In this document: positions 34,958-35,646 of the stretch, piece after piece
Layout of the letters: every line of letters starts with the position of its first letter
Position numbering within the stretch: the stretch's first letter is position 1
Origin: an uncultured Chitinophaga sp.
GTDB taxonomy: Bacteria; Bacteroidota; Bacteroidia; M30B66
Direction of reading: 5' to 3'
DNA length: 35,646 bases
NCBI GenBank assembly: GCA_964627105.1
Contig: CAZVHF010000001.1
Span: 1-35,646, forward strand
Program-made: the position numbers and the translations under genes
The notes under the pieces: generated by a model
Databases searched by the model: none
What the model was told of the DNA's origin: nothing
Seen by the model: only the letters and a program-made list of their open reading frames with translations

Positions 34958-35623
34958 TTATGGAATGTTCATGTATTTGTGCGTTTGCAAAGATATTCGC
35001 CAGGCAGGATTTTCCTTCACAAAATCAATTATCTGCGGCAGCATCTGTTCGGCTTTGCTCCATTCGGGCTGTAAAAACAACAGACAATGTTCATCAACTT
35101 CGGTGCGGTATTGTTCGGCCCAGTCGAAATCGCTTTTGTTGAATACGATTACTTTCAATTCATCGGCACGCTGTAAAACAGATGCAATGGGCTTTTTGAA
35201 TTTTTTCGGCGATAAACACACCCAATCGAATGTGCCCGAAAGTGCGTACGCACCCGAAGTCTCTAAAAAAACCTTCAAGCCCGAGGCTTTAAGCAATTGC
35301 GTTAAGGGTTCCAAATTATACAACAATGGCTCACCGCCCGTAATAACAATCGATTTGGCTTTGAATGAAAGTGCCTTGTTTACCACCTCCGAAATAGGCG
35401 TCAAAGGATGTAGCGTCGGATTCCACGATTCTTTCACATCGCACCAGTGGCAGCCCACATCGCAACCGCCAAGTCGTATGAAATATGCTGCAAAACCTGT
35501 ATTCCCGCCTTCGCCTTGAATGGTGTAAAAATCTTCCATCACCGGAAGCACTTCGCCATTTTCCAGCGCTATACGAACATTGGCGGGCAATGTAGCTTTT
35601 AAATCTGTGTATTCCGGCTCCAC
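34958..35623 (-). CDS. queE: 7-carboxy-7-deazaguanine synthase (radical SAM) QueE
   Basis: 221 aa. LPVMEDFYTIQGEGGNTGFAAYFIRLGGCDVGCHWCDVKESW (Cx3Cx2C radical-SAM cluster), VITGGEPL, ETSGAY, LSPK. The start shown is GTG. The frame stays open to the window edge (35646), so the true start could lie further upstream. Confidence 0.88.
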   Translation of the reverse strand: MEPEYTDLKATLPANVRIALENGEVLPVMEDFYTIQGEGGNTGFAAYFIRLGGCDVGCHWCDVKESWNPTLHPLTPISEVVNKALSFKAKSIVITGGEPLLYNLEPLTQLLKASGLKVFLETSGAYALSGTFDWVCLSPKKFKKPIASVLQRADELKVIVFNKSDFDWAEQYRTEVDEHCLLFLQPEWSKAEQMLPQIIDFVKENPAWRISLQTHKYMNIP

Positions 35624-35646
35624 GCTTCGAATGTATTTTGCATTAA

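Noticed and set aside
1-35646. Search by eye for tRNA, rRNA, tmRNA, CRISPR arrays, IS elements, integrases, toxin-antitoxin pairs or restriction-modification genes.
   Set aside because: The intergenic spacers are all 172 nt or shorter and contain no cloverleaf-like or repeat-spacer structure. No transposase, integrase or nuclease-like ORF appears in the six-frame track.

Overview
This is a chromosomal segment from a Bacteroidota genome, probably a Flavobacteriia- or Cytophagia-like lineage. Three observations support that placement. T9SS genes are present (a PorQ-like barrel, the SprA translocon, one type-A and one type-B CTD cargo). Seven exact TAnnTTTG -7 promoter boxes sit just upstream of start codons. 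Gene neighbourhoods are typical of the phylum (porQ-cmk-ispH, pyrR-pyrB, ruvA-sprA-gcvH-vanZ).

I call 27 protein-coding genes. About two thirds are housekeeping: cmk, ispH, rpsA, pyrR, pyrB, rnz, rlmD, rocD, cobB-like sirtuin, maeB, ruvA, gcvH, queE. I found no tRNA, rRNA, CRISPR array, IS element, integrase or recognisable defence gene.

The accessory-looking parts are:
- 6.6-7.5 kb: a T9SS cargo gene inserted between a STAS gene and rnz.
- 8.5-9.3 kb: an extra methyltransferase that looks AT-richer than its neighbours.
- 25-35 kb: two small exported proteins of unknown function, a GT87/DUF2029-like membrane glycosyltransferase abutting a TPR-PD40-OmpA gene, a 1234-aa type-B CTD adhesin with alternating Cys-containing modules, and a GT2 fused to a WbaP-like scaffold with an apparently gutted catalytic core, directly downstream of queE.

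I see no self-contained, clearly novel multi-gene system. The best candidates for follow-up are the cell-envelope glycosylation and T9SS cargo genes at 25-35 kb. All identifications rest on motif and architecture recognition by eye. No similarity search was run.
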